Shown in pieces: positions 1 through 10,097 of a stretch of DNA of 64,000 nucleotides. Under the pieces are notes generated by a model, which was given only the letters and a program-made list of their open reading frames with translations, ran no database searches and had not been told where the DNA came from. The stretch covers positions 30,814,001 to 30,878,000 of the forward strand of contig OZ024752.1 in assembly GCA_964016885.1 (NCBI GenBank), read 5' to 3'. How positions within the stretch are numbered: position 1 is the first letter of the stretch; each line of letters begins with the position of its first letter. The DNA comes from Eledone cirrhosa (lineage: Eukaryota). A program made the position numbers and the translations under genes.

Positions 1-599
1 AATGCTGGCGGTGCTGATGTCGGTGATGGTGGTGTTAGTGGTGGTGGGGTGGTGGTGTTGGTGTCAGTGATGGTTGTGTGTGTGGTTGGGTTATTACTAC
101 TGTTTATTTGTCTGTCTGTATTTCTTTTTAAATGAATTATTTATATTGGTGTTATTCCTAATCTTGGATGTTCATCATCACCATCATCATCAACACCATC
201 ATCATCAACACCATCATCGTCATCACCATCATCATCATCATCATCACCATAATCACCATCATCATTATCATCATCATCATCATCACGAGATGCTGGCACA
301 ATGTTTCAGTCACCTGTTTCTAATCATTTTCAGGTGATATAACCTGTCTATTACTCACCTGAGCTGGGGGTATATATATATATATACATACGAACTTAAA
401 CCTACAGTCAATAGGCACCTCTTAACCCAATATACACCCTTCCCGACTCCACCTACCCCATCCTCCCACTTCTGTCCTCTGTAAAGTGGTCGTGTAGGTG
501 ACACGACAAAAAGCACCCAGTCCACACTGTAACTGTGGTTGGTATTAGGAAGGGCATCCAGGGCCATAGCTCTATGCTGCAAAGTATATTGTCTGACAC

Positions 600-1410
600 T
601 CTACCAATTCTGCCAATCCACCACCCTATAATAAAGAAATAATTGTTTCTACTTTAGGCACAAGGCCAGAAATTATCCCAATGCATTACTGGTACTTTAT
701 TTTATCGACCCCGTAAGGATGAAAGGCAAAGTTAACCTCGGCGGTATTTTGAACTCAGAATGGCAAGGGCCGTAACTCTATGCGTCAAAGCATGGCGTCC
801 GACCCTCTACCGATACTGCCAATCCACATATATCATCATTTTACGTCCGCTTTTCCCTGCTTGCAAGGGTGAGACGGGAACTGATTCTGGCTTGATTTCT
901 ACAGCTGGATGCCCTTCCTAACACCAGAATAATAATATAATAAAGAAATAATTGTTTCTACTTTTGGCACAAGGCCACCAATCATCCCAGTGTATTACTG
1001 GTACTTTATTTTATCGACCCCGTAAGGGTGAAATGCAAAGTTAACCTCAGCGGGACTTGAACTCAGACCGTAAAGAATAATAATTGTTTCTACTTTTGGC
1101 ACAAGGCCACCAATCATCCCAGTGTATTACTGGTACTTTATTTTATCGACCACGTAAGGATGAAAGGCAAAGTTAACCTCGGCGGGATTTGAACTCAGAT
1201 CGTAAAATATAATAAAGAAATAATTGTTTCTACTTTAGGCTCAAGGCCAGCAATTACTCAGTGCATTACTGGTACTTTATTTTATCGACCCCGTAAGGAT
1301 GAAAGGCAAAGTCAACCTCGGCGGGATTGGAACTCAGATCGTAAAGGGACGTAACTATGCTGGAAAGCATGGCGTCCAACCCTCTACCGATACTGCCAAT
1401 CCACCATATA
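600..1410 (-). mobile_element. Tandem cluster of 4-5 tRNA-derived SINE copies (family A), some partial
   Basis: Reverse complement of the unit seen at 44228-44412: TGGCAGTATCGG A-box-like, GTTCAAATCC B-box, body GCCTTTCATCCTTACGGGGTCGATAAAATAAAGTACCAG, (ATT)n tail. Confidence 0.85.
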
Positions 1411-1654
1411 ATAAAGAAATAATAATAATTATTATTGTTTGATATATTTTCAGGTTTAAAACAAGATGTGTTCCCTGCTTGAACATCCAAATGACACCAT
1501 GGTCTGTTGCTTTTACCACTCAGCTACTTTCTAATGACAGGTAATAAAATAAATTGAAGATTTTTGTTTCCTTTATTTTATTCTATTCAAGGGCGATGGA
1601 TTAGCAGTAATTGGTAGAGCGTCAGCTAACATGGTTTGTGGCATATAGTTACAG

Positions 1655-2235
1655 GTGTTTACGTTGTTGATGTTGCTGTTGATGTCGTTGCTGAGGTTGT
1701 TGTTGTTGTTGCTGCTGAGGTTGTTATTGTTGTTGATGTTGCTGCTGATGATGTTGTTGCTGCTGATGATGTTGTTGCTGTTGTTGATGTTGTTGTTACA
1801 ATTGTTTGCTGTTGATGATGTTGTTGTTGATGTTGCTGTTGATGTCGTTGCTGAGGTTGTTGTTGTTGTTGATGTTGCTGCTGATGATGTTGTTGTTGAT
1901 GTTGTTGTTACAATTGTTTGCTGTTGTTGATGTTGTTGTTGATGTTGCTGTTGATGTCGTTGCTGAGGTTGTTGCTGCTGTTGTTGTTGTCATCGTCGTC
2001 GTCCGTCGTTGTTGTTGCTGCTGCTGCTGCTGCTGATGATGATGATGATGTGTTATTGCTGCTGTTGCTGTTGTTGTTGTTGTTGTTGTTGTTGCTGATG
2101 CTGTTGCTGTTGTTGATGTTGTTACAACAATTGTTTGCTGTTGATGTTGTTGTTGTTGTTGCTAATGTTGTTGTTGTTGTTGCTAATGTTGTTGTTGTTG
2201 CTGCTGCTGCTGCTGATGTTGCTGATGTTGCTGCA
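1655..2235. repeat. (GTT/GCT/GAT)n trinucleotide low-complexity tract
   Basis: Directly visible; explains the poly-L/V/N/T ORFs. Confidence 0.95.
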
Positions 2236-2592
2236 TAATGCTATTTATAGCTGCTGATCGAACTTGGAGGAGAATTGTTAGGAAATGGGTGAATAGCCAG
2301 AACACAATAAAAAATGGAACTAATATAACAAATTGAAATATGATATTAACTGAACTATGAATTTTAGAAATTAATGAATCATATACATGAATGTATGTAT
2401 AGTATATTTGGCAATATCCAGTATGTTTAATTAAAAACATTTTGAAGACCATTTACTATGAGTTTTACAATAGTGACTATGTCACTTACTTATTCTCGGC
2501 AAAAGCAAAGAAGAGTGATCGACTGCCCTGTTTCTCACTCATTTCTTCCTGTTTCTCATTCATGTATACATCACTTCCTCAGAACACCAATA

Positions 2593-2634
<42 letters not shown>

Positions 2635-2740
2635 GTGGACGATATTTGTTCGCAAGATTACTGTCTAGGAAAAAAATAACACAGTAGTTTTATTATTTTA
2701 AGATATATTTATCAAACTTGGGTCAGTTTGTCTTCCACGG

Positions 2741-4114
2741 ATGGGTAGAAATAACAAAATTGCCATGGTGATATCCATCGATGAAATATGCGACAAAACC
2801 GGCCGATGTCCCAAGATAGAACATTGCCCAGAAAATCACATCTGCCATATCTGTGCGGAACCCGAAAACTCGTTCCGTAATCGCTGGGTCGAATGTGGAA
2901 CCTGTCGCATCTCTGTCTGCCTTCAATGCGCCACAGGCTTCCGGAGGATCCCAGGCCAAAAAAAGAGACATCATAATGCTATGATGGATGGAATATGGGA
3001 GATGGTCCAGCTAAAATCCTGGTCCTTTCAGTGTCTGGCCTGTGTGCCTGCCTCCACGAATGTTATTAATGTTATTGAAAAACAACAACAACAACAAAAA
3101 CCAATGACTGTGTCTTCCTCTACCATTGTTACTGAACAACGGCAAAAACCTATGACACTGGCTTCTACTGTTATTCCTGTGGGAGAACATCAGAAACAAC
3201 AACAACCCATGTCTTCCACTCCCAGTACATCTCGACACCAACAACTGGTGACTGTGTCTTCCCCTAACATTCCCGTGGAGGAACATCATCATCACCAACA
3301 ACAACAACAGCAACAACCTGCGACTGTGTCCTCCCCTGCCATTCCCGTGGAGGAACATCATCATCACCAACAACAACAACAACAACAGCAACAACCTGCG
3401 ACTGTGTCCTCCCCTGCCATTCCCGTGGAGGAACATCATCACCAACAACGACAGCAGCAGCAGCAACAACAACAACAACAACCGACCAGTACAGATTTTG
3501 CGGAACTGCAACTAATGATTTCTGCTCTGAGAAAGGAAGTTGCAGGAATAGAGGCAAGCATTCGGGTAGGACCCCACAATGAGGGGTCTTATCGGAATGC
3601 CTTGCTAAAGAATCTCCCTGTACCTCTTGCTGGAAAGACTGAAAAGACTGCGGAATCTGCTACCCATGAGGTGATTGCCATTGGGGTACCAGAGGACAAG
3701 GCCGATCTTCAGGCATTTGCTGCCAGCTCGGCCAAAGACCTAGGCTGTGTTCCCCCAAAGGGTGCCCTCCGCCTTGGTCGACCTGGTCCAAAACCCAGAC
3801 TCATCAGGCTGTCTTTCTCGGACCCCGCAGAGGCAACCTCATATCATCTGGCCTCTGCTAAAGCTGGGCGTGAAAATCGGATTACCTTCCGAACACGCCC
3901 AGGCCTACCACCCCATGTACGTCCAAAACTACGTGCTGCAGCTTCCTTGAATCGGAACTCAGCACAAGATGAAAGTTTCAGTCTGCGTGATGATGGGCAG
4001 ATCTGGAGGTTTGTCAAGGCTGGTGAAACGTGGAAGAGAGATACCAGCTGGTCTGAGTGTGATCTACCCACAATAACTGGCAATGTAAAAACTGCTACAA
4101 CTCTGGGAAACTAA
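2741..4114 (+). CDS. LINE ORF1: PHD-like zinc finger, Gln/His repeat linker, coiled coil, RRM-like domain
   Basis: CHIC...WVECGTC...CLQC...FQCLAC Cys pattern; ELQLMISALRKEVAGIE heptads; VIAIGVPE...RLGRPGPKPRLIRLSF motif typical of CR1/L2 ORF1. The start may instead be the ATG at 2765 (gccATGG). Confidence 0.88.
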   Translation: MGRNNKIAMVISIDEICDKTGRCPKIEHCPENHICHICAEPENSFRNRWVECGTCRISVCLQCATGFRRIPGQKKRHHNAMMDGIWEMVQLKSWSFQCLACVPASTNVINVIEKQQQQQKPMTVSSSTIVTEQRQKPMTLASTVIPVGEHQKQQQPMSSTPSTSRHQQLVTVSSPNIPVEEHHHHQQQQQQQPATVSSPAIPVEEHHHHQQQQQQQQQPATVSSPAIPVEEHHHQQRQQQQQQQQQQPTSTDFAELQLMISALRKEVAGIEASIRVGPHNEGSYRNALLKNLPVPLAGKTEKTAESATHEVIAIGVPEDKADLQAFAASSAKDLGCVPPKGALRLGRPGPKPRLIRLSFSDPAEATSYHLASAKAGRENRITFRTRPGLPPHVRPKLRAAASLNRNSAQDESFSLRDDGQIWRFVKAGETWKRDTSWSECDLPTITGNVKTATTLGN

Positions 4115-6936
4115 ACCAGAACAACCTGCCACCCTCTACACACCATCATAAACTGCGAGCAGGGTACAAATTGTTGTCCTTAAATGCTCGCAGTTTATGC
4201 AACAAGATACATCTGTTCGAATCCTACGTCAGAAGCATCGACCCTGACTTCATCACAGTCACGGAAACATGGGCACATTCCTTACTCTGTGATGGGGTTT
4301 TCACCATTACTGGGTACAACCTTTTCCGCAAGGACCGCATTAACCGCCGTGGTGGTGGTGTGATGGTCTACGTTCGTTCAAACTTTTCGGTAATTCCTTG
4401 CGTTGATTTGAACGAATCACAGGAAGAAGTGTTTTTCTGTGACATACGTATGACCATGTCAACACTTCTGCTTGGTGTTGTTTATCGCCCCCCAAACTAC
4501 CATCAGGACACACAGCTTTGCGATATCCTCAGAGTTGCTGCCAAGAAAACAGCCACTTATGTGTTTATTGCAGGTGACTTCAATCATCCTGAGATCGATT
4601 GGGAAACCTTTCGTTGGCCACAGGGTGCAAACGATTTCCTTGAACTAGTGCTGGACTCAAACTGGTCACAAGTAGTCACCTCTCCAACAAGAGGTGACAA
4701 CACTTTGGACCTGATCTTCACCACTACTCCTGAAGTGGTTATCAGTTGTACTACTGAGGAACCTCTAGGCGACTCTGATCATGCTATGATCATTGCCAAT
4801 CTGGCACTTGAGGGCAGCAACAAAAACCAGAGCCATCTCCAATCTGCTTGCTTTGATTGGAAGAGGGCAGATTGGAACTTGTACTGCACTGAGCTACAGC
4901 GCCCAAACTGGCATGAGATGTATAACTCTGGAGATGTGAACTCTATACTCCAGAGCATCCTGGACTCAATATGGATAGCGTGTGCAGCATCAGTGCCACG
5001 GAAGCGGAAAAATAACCACCCCAAAAGTGCAATCTGGGAAACTTCAGCAGTCCGACTTGCCAGGAAAGAACGTCGGAACGCTGAACGGGAATATAAACTG
5101 CATAGATCAGATGCCAACAGAAAAAAGCGGAATAAATCTTCTAACCATCTCAAGCAAGTGACAAAGAAGGCAGTGCTTGAATTTGAACAGTGCATCGCAA
5201 CCAATCCCGACAGTAAGGTGTTCTGGAAATATGTTCATTCAAAGCAGAGACCTCACTCTCCAGCTGGTCCTCTTCGCAATCCCCACACAAGCCAGATCAC
5301 TGACGATCCCAAGGAATGCGCAGAACTCATTGCTGAGTGCTATGCAAGTATTTTTACTGTTGAAAACCAGAATGTACCATCTCCACCATCTCTAACATCA
5401 AATTCCATAACAACTATGGAATTTACACCTGCAATGTTGCGACGTCACCTTAAGAATAAGCGCAACTATGCCTCCCCTGGTCTTGATGGTGTGACATACC
5501 TGCTTCTCAAACGTGGCGGGGATTTCCTTTTGCGCCAGCTTTCTTTTTTCTTTCAATACTGTCTCAGCAATGGTGCTACTCCAGAGCAGTGGAAAACTGC
5601 CAGTGTCATTCCCCTGTTCAAAAAGGGCAACCGCATGTCACCTGTCAACTATCGTTCAGTCAGTCTTACTAGCTGTATGGCCAAACTGATGGAATCCTGT
5701 GTCAGAGAAACACTTTGGAACTTCTGGAGCTCTCACAGCCTCATCCGGCCCTCACAGTTTGGATTTATCCCTAACTCCAGCTGCTGTGATCAGCTTATCG
5801 AGTTCCTTGAGGACATCACCCGGATCACTGACAGCGGCTCATGGGTGGATGTTGTTTACCTTGACTTTGCTAAGGCTTTTAATTCTGTGCCACACAAAAG
5901 ACTTATGGCAAAACTCTCTGCAATGGGTGTGAGGGATGATCTTTTCGACTGGCTGAAATCCTTCATTCTCAGCCGAAAGGAAGTAGTCACAGTTCTAGGA
6001 CAGCATTCTTCACCATATGAGATGTCATCTGGTGTACCACAGGGATCTGTTCTTGGTCCTCTTTTGTTTGTGGCATATATTAATGACATAGATGCCAACT
6101 TACAGAATGCCACGGTACTAAAATATGCAGATGACATCAAGCTGTACCTTGAAATCAAAAGGACTGATCCTGAAATTTACAACTCTTTCCTACAATCAGA
6201 CCTGGACACAATGCAGCAATGGATCACAGACTGGCAACTGAAGCTGGCTGTGGACAAGTGTACCACCATGCATTTTGGAAGGAAAAATCCAGCGTCCACA
6301 TACTCCCTCCACAACACTGACATCAAAAAGTCCTCTTGTGAACGTGACCTGGGCATTACTGTCAGCAACGATTTGCGTTGGACAAAGCATGTCTCTAAGA
6401 TTGTCAAGAAGGCCGAGGGTGTCTTGGCATCACTCAGCAAGACCTTTGTTAGCCGCTCTCCAGCCATCTATTTAAAACTGTATACAGCTATGGTGCGACC
6501 ACACTTGGAATTCGCATCATCAGTCTGGAACCCCTATCTTGCTCGGAACATTGACCTCCTGGAAACTGTTCAGAGACGTGCAACCAAGCGCATACCCTCC
6601 ATCAGACACCTACCATACTCTGAACGCCTTGCTTCCCTGGGCATGGATTCATTGAAGCTCCGACGTCTGGCAGTGGACTTGGTGAATACCCACAAAGTTT
6701 TTAACCATCTCGCCAACTGCAACCCTGAGCGCCTCTTTGATCTCCATGTATCTAACACACGTGGACATGCCTACAAGATAAGAAAACAGCACAGCTCCCA
6801 TGACTTTCGCAGACATTTTTTCACGCTCAGAGTTGCTGAAACATGGAACAAACTGCCTGCGTCAATTGTTAGCTGCCGAGACACTGCATCCTTTAAGACA
6901 CTCATGCTTCCCGAAATACGCCAAAACTACACCTGA
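4111..6936 (+). CDS. LINE ORF2: APE endonuclease plus reverse transcriptase (CR1 clade), no ATG start
   Basis: LNARS, TETW, GDFN, LDL, SDH endonuclease motifs; YLDFAKAF, GVPQGSVLGP, YADD RT motifs; C-terminal TRGH...FFTLRVAETWNKLP typical of CR1. The frame is open from 4063 and the first ATG is at 4363. Confidence 0.95.
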   Translation, partial: LNQNNLPPSTHHHKLRAGYKLLSLNARSLCNKIHLFESYVRSIDPDFITVTETWAHSLLCDGVFTITGYNLFRKDRINRRGGGVMVYVRSNFSVIPCVDLNESQEEVFFCDIRMTMSTLLLGVVYRPPNYHQDTQLCDILRVAAKKTATYVFIAGDFNHPEIDWETFRWPQGANDFLELVLDSNWSQVVTSPTRGDNTLDLIFTTTPEVVISCTTEEPLGDSDHAMIIANLALEGSNKNQSHLQSACFDWKRADWNLYCTELQRPNWHEMYNSGDVNSILQSILDSIWIACAASVPRKRKNNHPKSAIWETSAVRLARKERRNAEREYKLHRSDANRKKRNKSSNHLKQVTKKAVLEFEQCIATNPDSKVFWKYVHSKQRPHSPAGPLRNPHTSQITDDPKECAELIAECYASIFTVENQNVPSPPSLTSNSITTMEFTPAMLRRHLKNKRNYASPGLDGVTYLLLKRGGDFLLRQLSFFFQYCLSNGATPEQWKTASVIPLFKKGNRMSPVNYRSVSLTSCMAKLMESCVRETLWNFWSSHSLIRPSQFGFIPNSSCCDQLIEFLEDITRITDSGSWVDVVYLDFAKAFNSVPHKRLMAKLSAMGVRDDLFDWLKSFILSRKEVVTVLGQHSSPYEMSSGVPQGSVLGPLLFVAYINDIDANLQNATVLKYADDIKLYLEIKRTDPEIYNSFLQSDLDTMQQWITDWQLKLAVDKCTTMHFGRKNPASTYSLHNTDIKKSSCERDLGITVSNDLRWTKHVSKIVKKAEGVLASLSKTFVSRSPAIYLKLYTAMVRPHLEFASSVWNPYLARNIDLLETVQRRATKRIPSIRHLPYSERLASLGMDSLKLRRLAVDLVNTHKVFNHLANCNPERLFDLHVSNTRGHAYKIRKQHSSHDFRRHFFTLRVAETWNKLPASIVSCRDTASFKTLMLPEIRQNYT

Positions 6937-7233
6937 TGTGCCCCTTCCATACACATGCACACATGTGTGCACTGTTCATTTTACTGATGTTTGTGCATTG
7001 CCCTATGTACTGTACATGCACTTTTTTGATGGGTTGTGGTGCACCTGGGCACTGTGCACAATATTTCATTATTGTTATTGTTATTATATCATGACTCATA
7101 CACTGTTTATTTTCCTGACATTTGTACATTATTCTATGTACTATACATGCACCTTTGATAAGTTGTAGTGCACCTGAGCACTGTACACAATAATTTCATT
7201 ATTATTATTATTATATGACTTGTTCTTTCAATC

Positions 7234-7522
7234 TCACTCGATAAACCCGCCATTGGCTTTGATGACGGCCTCAAGGCGACCTCGGAACCGGCTATAGTCC
7301 TTCGTCACTGTCCCCCGACTTAGGTCCCTAAAGGCACTTGTGATCCTGGCCTTCAGATTGTCTTCATATTGCAGCTAGATCTGTTGGTGTCTCGTTCCAC
7401 TGCGCCCCACACAAAGAAGTCGAAGGGGTTGCAGTCAGGTGAGCTGGGAGGCCAGATATCAGGTGAAGTGTGGTCGACAAAGTTCTCTGACAGCCAGGCT
7501 TGGGTCTTTCGGCTGGTATGGC
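7234..7522 (-). pseudogene. Tc1/mariner (maT/DD37D-like) transposase C-terminal fragment
   Basis: Minus strand translates to ...PDIWPPSSPDCNPFDFFVWGAVE...RLEAVIKANGGFIE*, with a frameshift. Confidence 0.85.
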
Positions 7523-7524
7523 AA

Positions 7525-7868
7525 AATAAAACACCAGTAATACACTGGGGTTGATTTCATCGACTTTCCCCTCCCCTTCAAATTGCTGGCCTTGTGCCTA
7601 AAGTAGAAACAATTATTATTATTATTGTTATCATCATCATCATCATCATCGTCAGTCAGTGAATTAGCTGTATTGGTAGAGCATTGGACAATATGCTTTG
7701 CAGCATATTGTTATGTTTAAGTTCAAATCCCTCTGAGGTTAGCTTTACAGGGTCAATAAAATAAAGTACCAGTAATGCACTGGGGTCAATTTAATCTACT
7801 TTTCCCCCCCTCTCCCTTCAAAATTGCTGGCCTTGTGCCTAAATCAGAAACCATCATTATTATTATTG
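7525..7868 (+). mobile_element. Two family A SINE copies (one partial)
   Basis: GTTCAAATCC, AATAAAGTACCAG, GGCCTTGTGCCTAAA and ATT tails. Confidence 0.8.
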
Positions 7869-8276
7869 AAGTTGGAAACCTCAGTTAAGTTACACCATCA
7901 ATCTATAAGTAGTCGATAGGCAAATAGGATGTGATAAGAAAAAACTAAACAAAACACAAAACAACAACAAAAAACATTATTTCTTGCTCCCATTCTTTTT
8001 ACTATAGTTATAGCAACAACACCTCTTGTCAGAAATTTGATTCCTCTTATTTTTATATAAATTCCTTTTGTACCAATTTTTAGCATAAGTGTCTGTTACA
8101 TATTAGTGATAAGGAAAAGATGATTTTTTTTCTTTTTATTATTTAAAAAAAAACTTTGGTGAACGATGATTGAACCAATAACTTTATTATGTTCTTTTTT
8201 TTGTATATTCCATAGGTTTTTGACAAATCCAAGGTAATTTTTGTTGCCTTACCGTTCCTGCCTTCAAAGCACTGCC

Positions 8277-9521
8277 ATGGGAAGTTGTTATAGTCATCAC
8301 AGTTCCTCACTGAAAATTTCTCAGCTTAACAATCGAGACTCGTTTGAACATTTGTTTAAAACAAACAGCGGGGAACTGGTGTGGTCCTGTTCTTACACAA
8401 AATGGTTACAAGGGGTTAAAAATATTAGCGGCTTTACCGACAATACAAACTTTAGCAGTTCAAGAGATCCACATCGTCGGAATGGTATACTTGTTAAACC
8501 TGATAACATGGATGGTCAACATTTCAGTGTTAAATTACCATCAATGTTTGAAGCTGTGGTCTCCAACAAAAATTCTACATGTACAAACTCTGTGGTTATC
8601 AATGGCCTGAATCCATTTACCACTGCTAGTACCACCATGCCAGTCCGCTGCTGGGATTCTTTGCCTGTTATGTTCAAAGAAGCTTGTATTATTAGTTACC
8701 ATGACAACTTAGCTGTACTTCAACTGAATCCATCCCGAGAAGACTTAATGGCTGTATTTTATGTATTGGATTTATCTCATCAGCTGGCATTGGCCGACTT
8801 CAGCATTGCCTACTATCTTCGGCGCTGGTATGAATGTTATATATCTCCCAAAAAGAAAAGGATTCTATTACGACCAGATCACACAACTCGAGTTCTTGTT
8901 ATGCCAGATAATTACTTTCTTCGGAAAATGAGAGTTCACCCATCAAATGAGATTATTATAAGTACCGTGTCACCATCATTGCGTGCTAAGGTGCTCACTT
9001 TTAATGCCCAGGCAGGTGACAATTGTATCGTAGTCAGTTGGTGTCGGTGTATCCAGGTACAACACATCGAATCTGGAGAAATTATAAAATCTGTTGAGGG
9101 ACTTTTATTACGAGCAGGTATTCAACAAATTCGTTCCAGTCAGTCTGGAGACTTCCTTGCTGTACGTTGTGTCCACCCTGTCCACACAAAAGAATACAAA
9201 GTAAATGTTGTTGGAGTTATAGACTATCACAAGCTTGAATTGCTGATGACTATCGATGTTAAAGGTTGTTACTGGCCATTTTCAGATGTAGTCAATCTAC
9301 AAGTGTTTCCTCGTTTTTCACCCAGTGAAGCTTGCATTGCTGTTATGAAAAATTTACCTTACAAACGGCAAGTGTTCACATATAAACTGCCTATTGTTCA
9401 CCTCAACTTACAATATTTATGTCGCCGAAGGATTCTACATTTAGTTTCATTAACGGATGTCAAACATTTACCTCTCCCAAGTCGGCTTATTGACTACCTA
9501 AAATCTTATATTGATGTATGA
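8277..9521 (+). CDS. SOCS-box protein (414 aa), putative Elongin BC-Cullin5 substrate adaptor with N-terminal acylation motif
   Basis: Non-repetitive long ORF. gccATGG Kozak is the first ATG after an in-frame TAA (8235-8237). Splice acceptor (polypyrimidine...TAG) ends at 8215. The C-terminus NLQYLCRRRI (BC box) ... LPLPSRLIDYL (Cul5 box) fits a SOCS box. Confidence 0.85.
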   Translation: MGSCYSHHSSSLKISQLNNRDSFEHLFKTNSGELVWSCSYTKWLQGVKNISGFTDNTNFSSSRDPHRRNGILVKPDNMDGQHFSVKLPSMFEAVVSNKNSTCTNSVVINGLNPFTTASTTMPVRCWDSLPVMFKEACIISYHDNLAVLQLNPSREDLMAVFYVLDLSHQLALADFSIAYYLRRWYECYISPKKKRILLRPDHTTRVLVMPDNYFLRKMRVHPSNEIIISTVSPSLRAKVLTFNAQAGDNCIVVSWCRCIQVQHIESGEIIKSVEGLLLRAGIQQIRSSQSGDFLAVRCVHPVHTKEYKVNVVGVIDYHKLELLMTIDVKGCYWPFSDVVNLQVFPRFSPSEACIAVMKNLPYKRQVFTYKLPIVHLNLQYLCRRRILHLVSLTDVKHLPLPSRLIDYLKSYIDV

Positions 9522-9749
9522 GGAAGACTTTTGCCCAACAAGGTTGGTTCATGAAATCCTTTTTTTCCTTTTGTTTTTCTTTTTTTGCCTTTTTTCTTTT
9601 TCTCTATGTTTGAAGCAGTAGACCAGAAAAGTGTAGTTTGTTTGAATTTTAAATTTTTGAATTAGGAAATTGTTCTGGTTTCCAATTTCTTTACCGAAGC
9701 CCACAGGAGAACTTGAACTCAGTGCTGCAGGTTATTGAAATGTTCAATA

Positions 9750-9951
9750 TTAACCTTTTAGCATTTAAACCAGCCATGTCTGGCCAGAATTCTCTCACCT
9801 CTTTCTGTTCAAAATGGCTTTAACTGGCCACTCATACTGATGTTAAAGTATTGTTTTCAAAATAAATAATATCAAAATCTCATAGATTCGATATTATGTG
9901 ATGTAAAGCCTTTACTGTAAATGTAGAGTAATGTAAATGCTAAAAAGTTAA
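9750..9951 (+). mobile_element. piggyBac-type MITE
   Basis: TTAA flanks and CC(C)TTTAGCATTTA terminal inverted repeats; same family as 11273, 12054, 41778, 61319, 61567. Confidence 0.85.
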
Positions 9952-10097
9952 AGTGTTGTAGTTTGCTTGAATCATTGTGGAATATGAAATACAAATACAA
10001 CTAGGAAATAAGGTTATTTGGAAGTGTGACAATGTGTGTGAGATATAAGTGCCAAGGTAATAAGAATTTGAGAAAATAGAACAAAAGAACTGAGATA

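Larger units (their letters stand above)
2721..7214 (+). mobile_element. Full-length, apparently intact CR1-clade LINE
   Basis: Two uninterrupted ORFs, 3' UTR with AGTGC-acctga-GCACT hairpin (7167-7182) and (ATT)n tail. TCAGTT initiator-like motif at about 2723. The 5' boundary is approximate. Confidence 0.93.

Noticed and set aside
8241-8276. TTG start of the SOCS-box ORF given in the track
   Set aside because: Eukaryotic gene; the ATG at 8277 has a strong Kozak context and yields the MG acylation motif.
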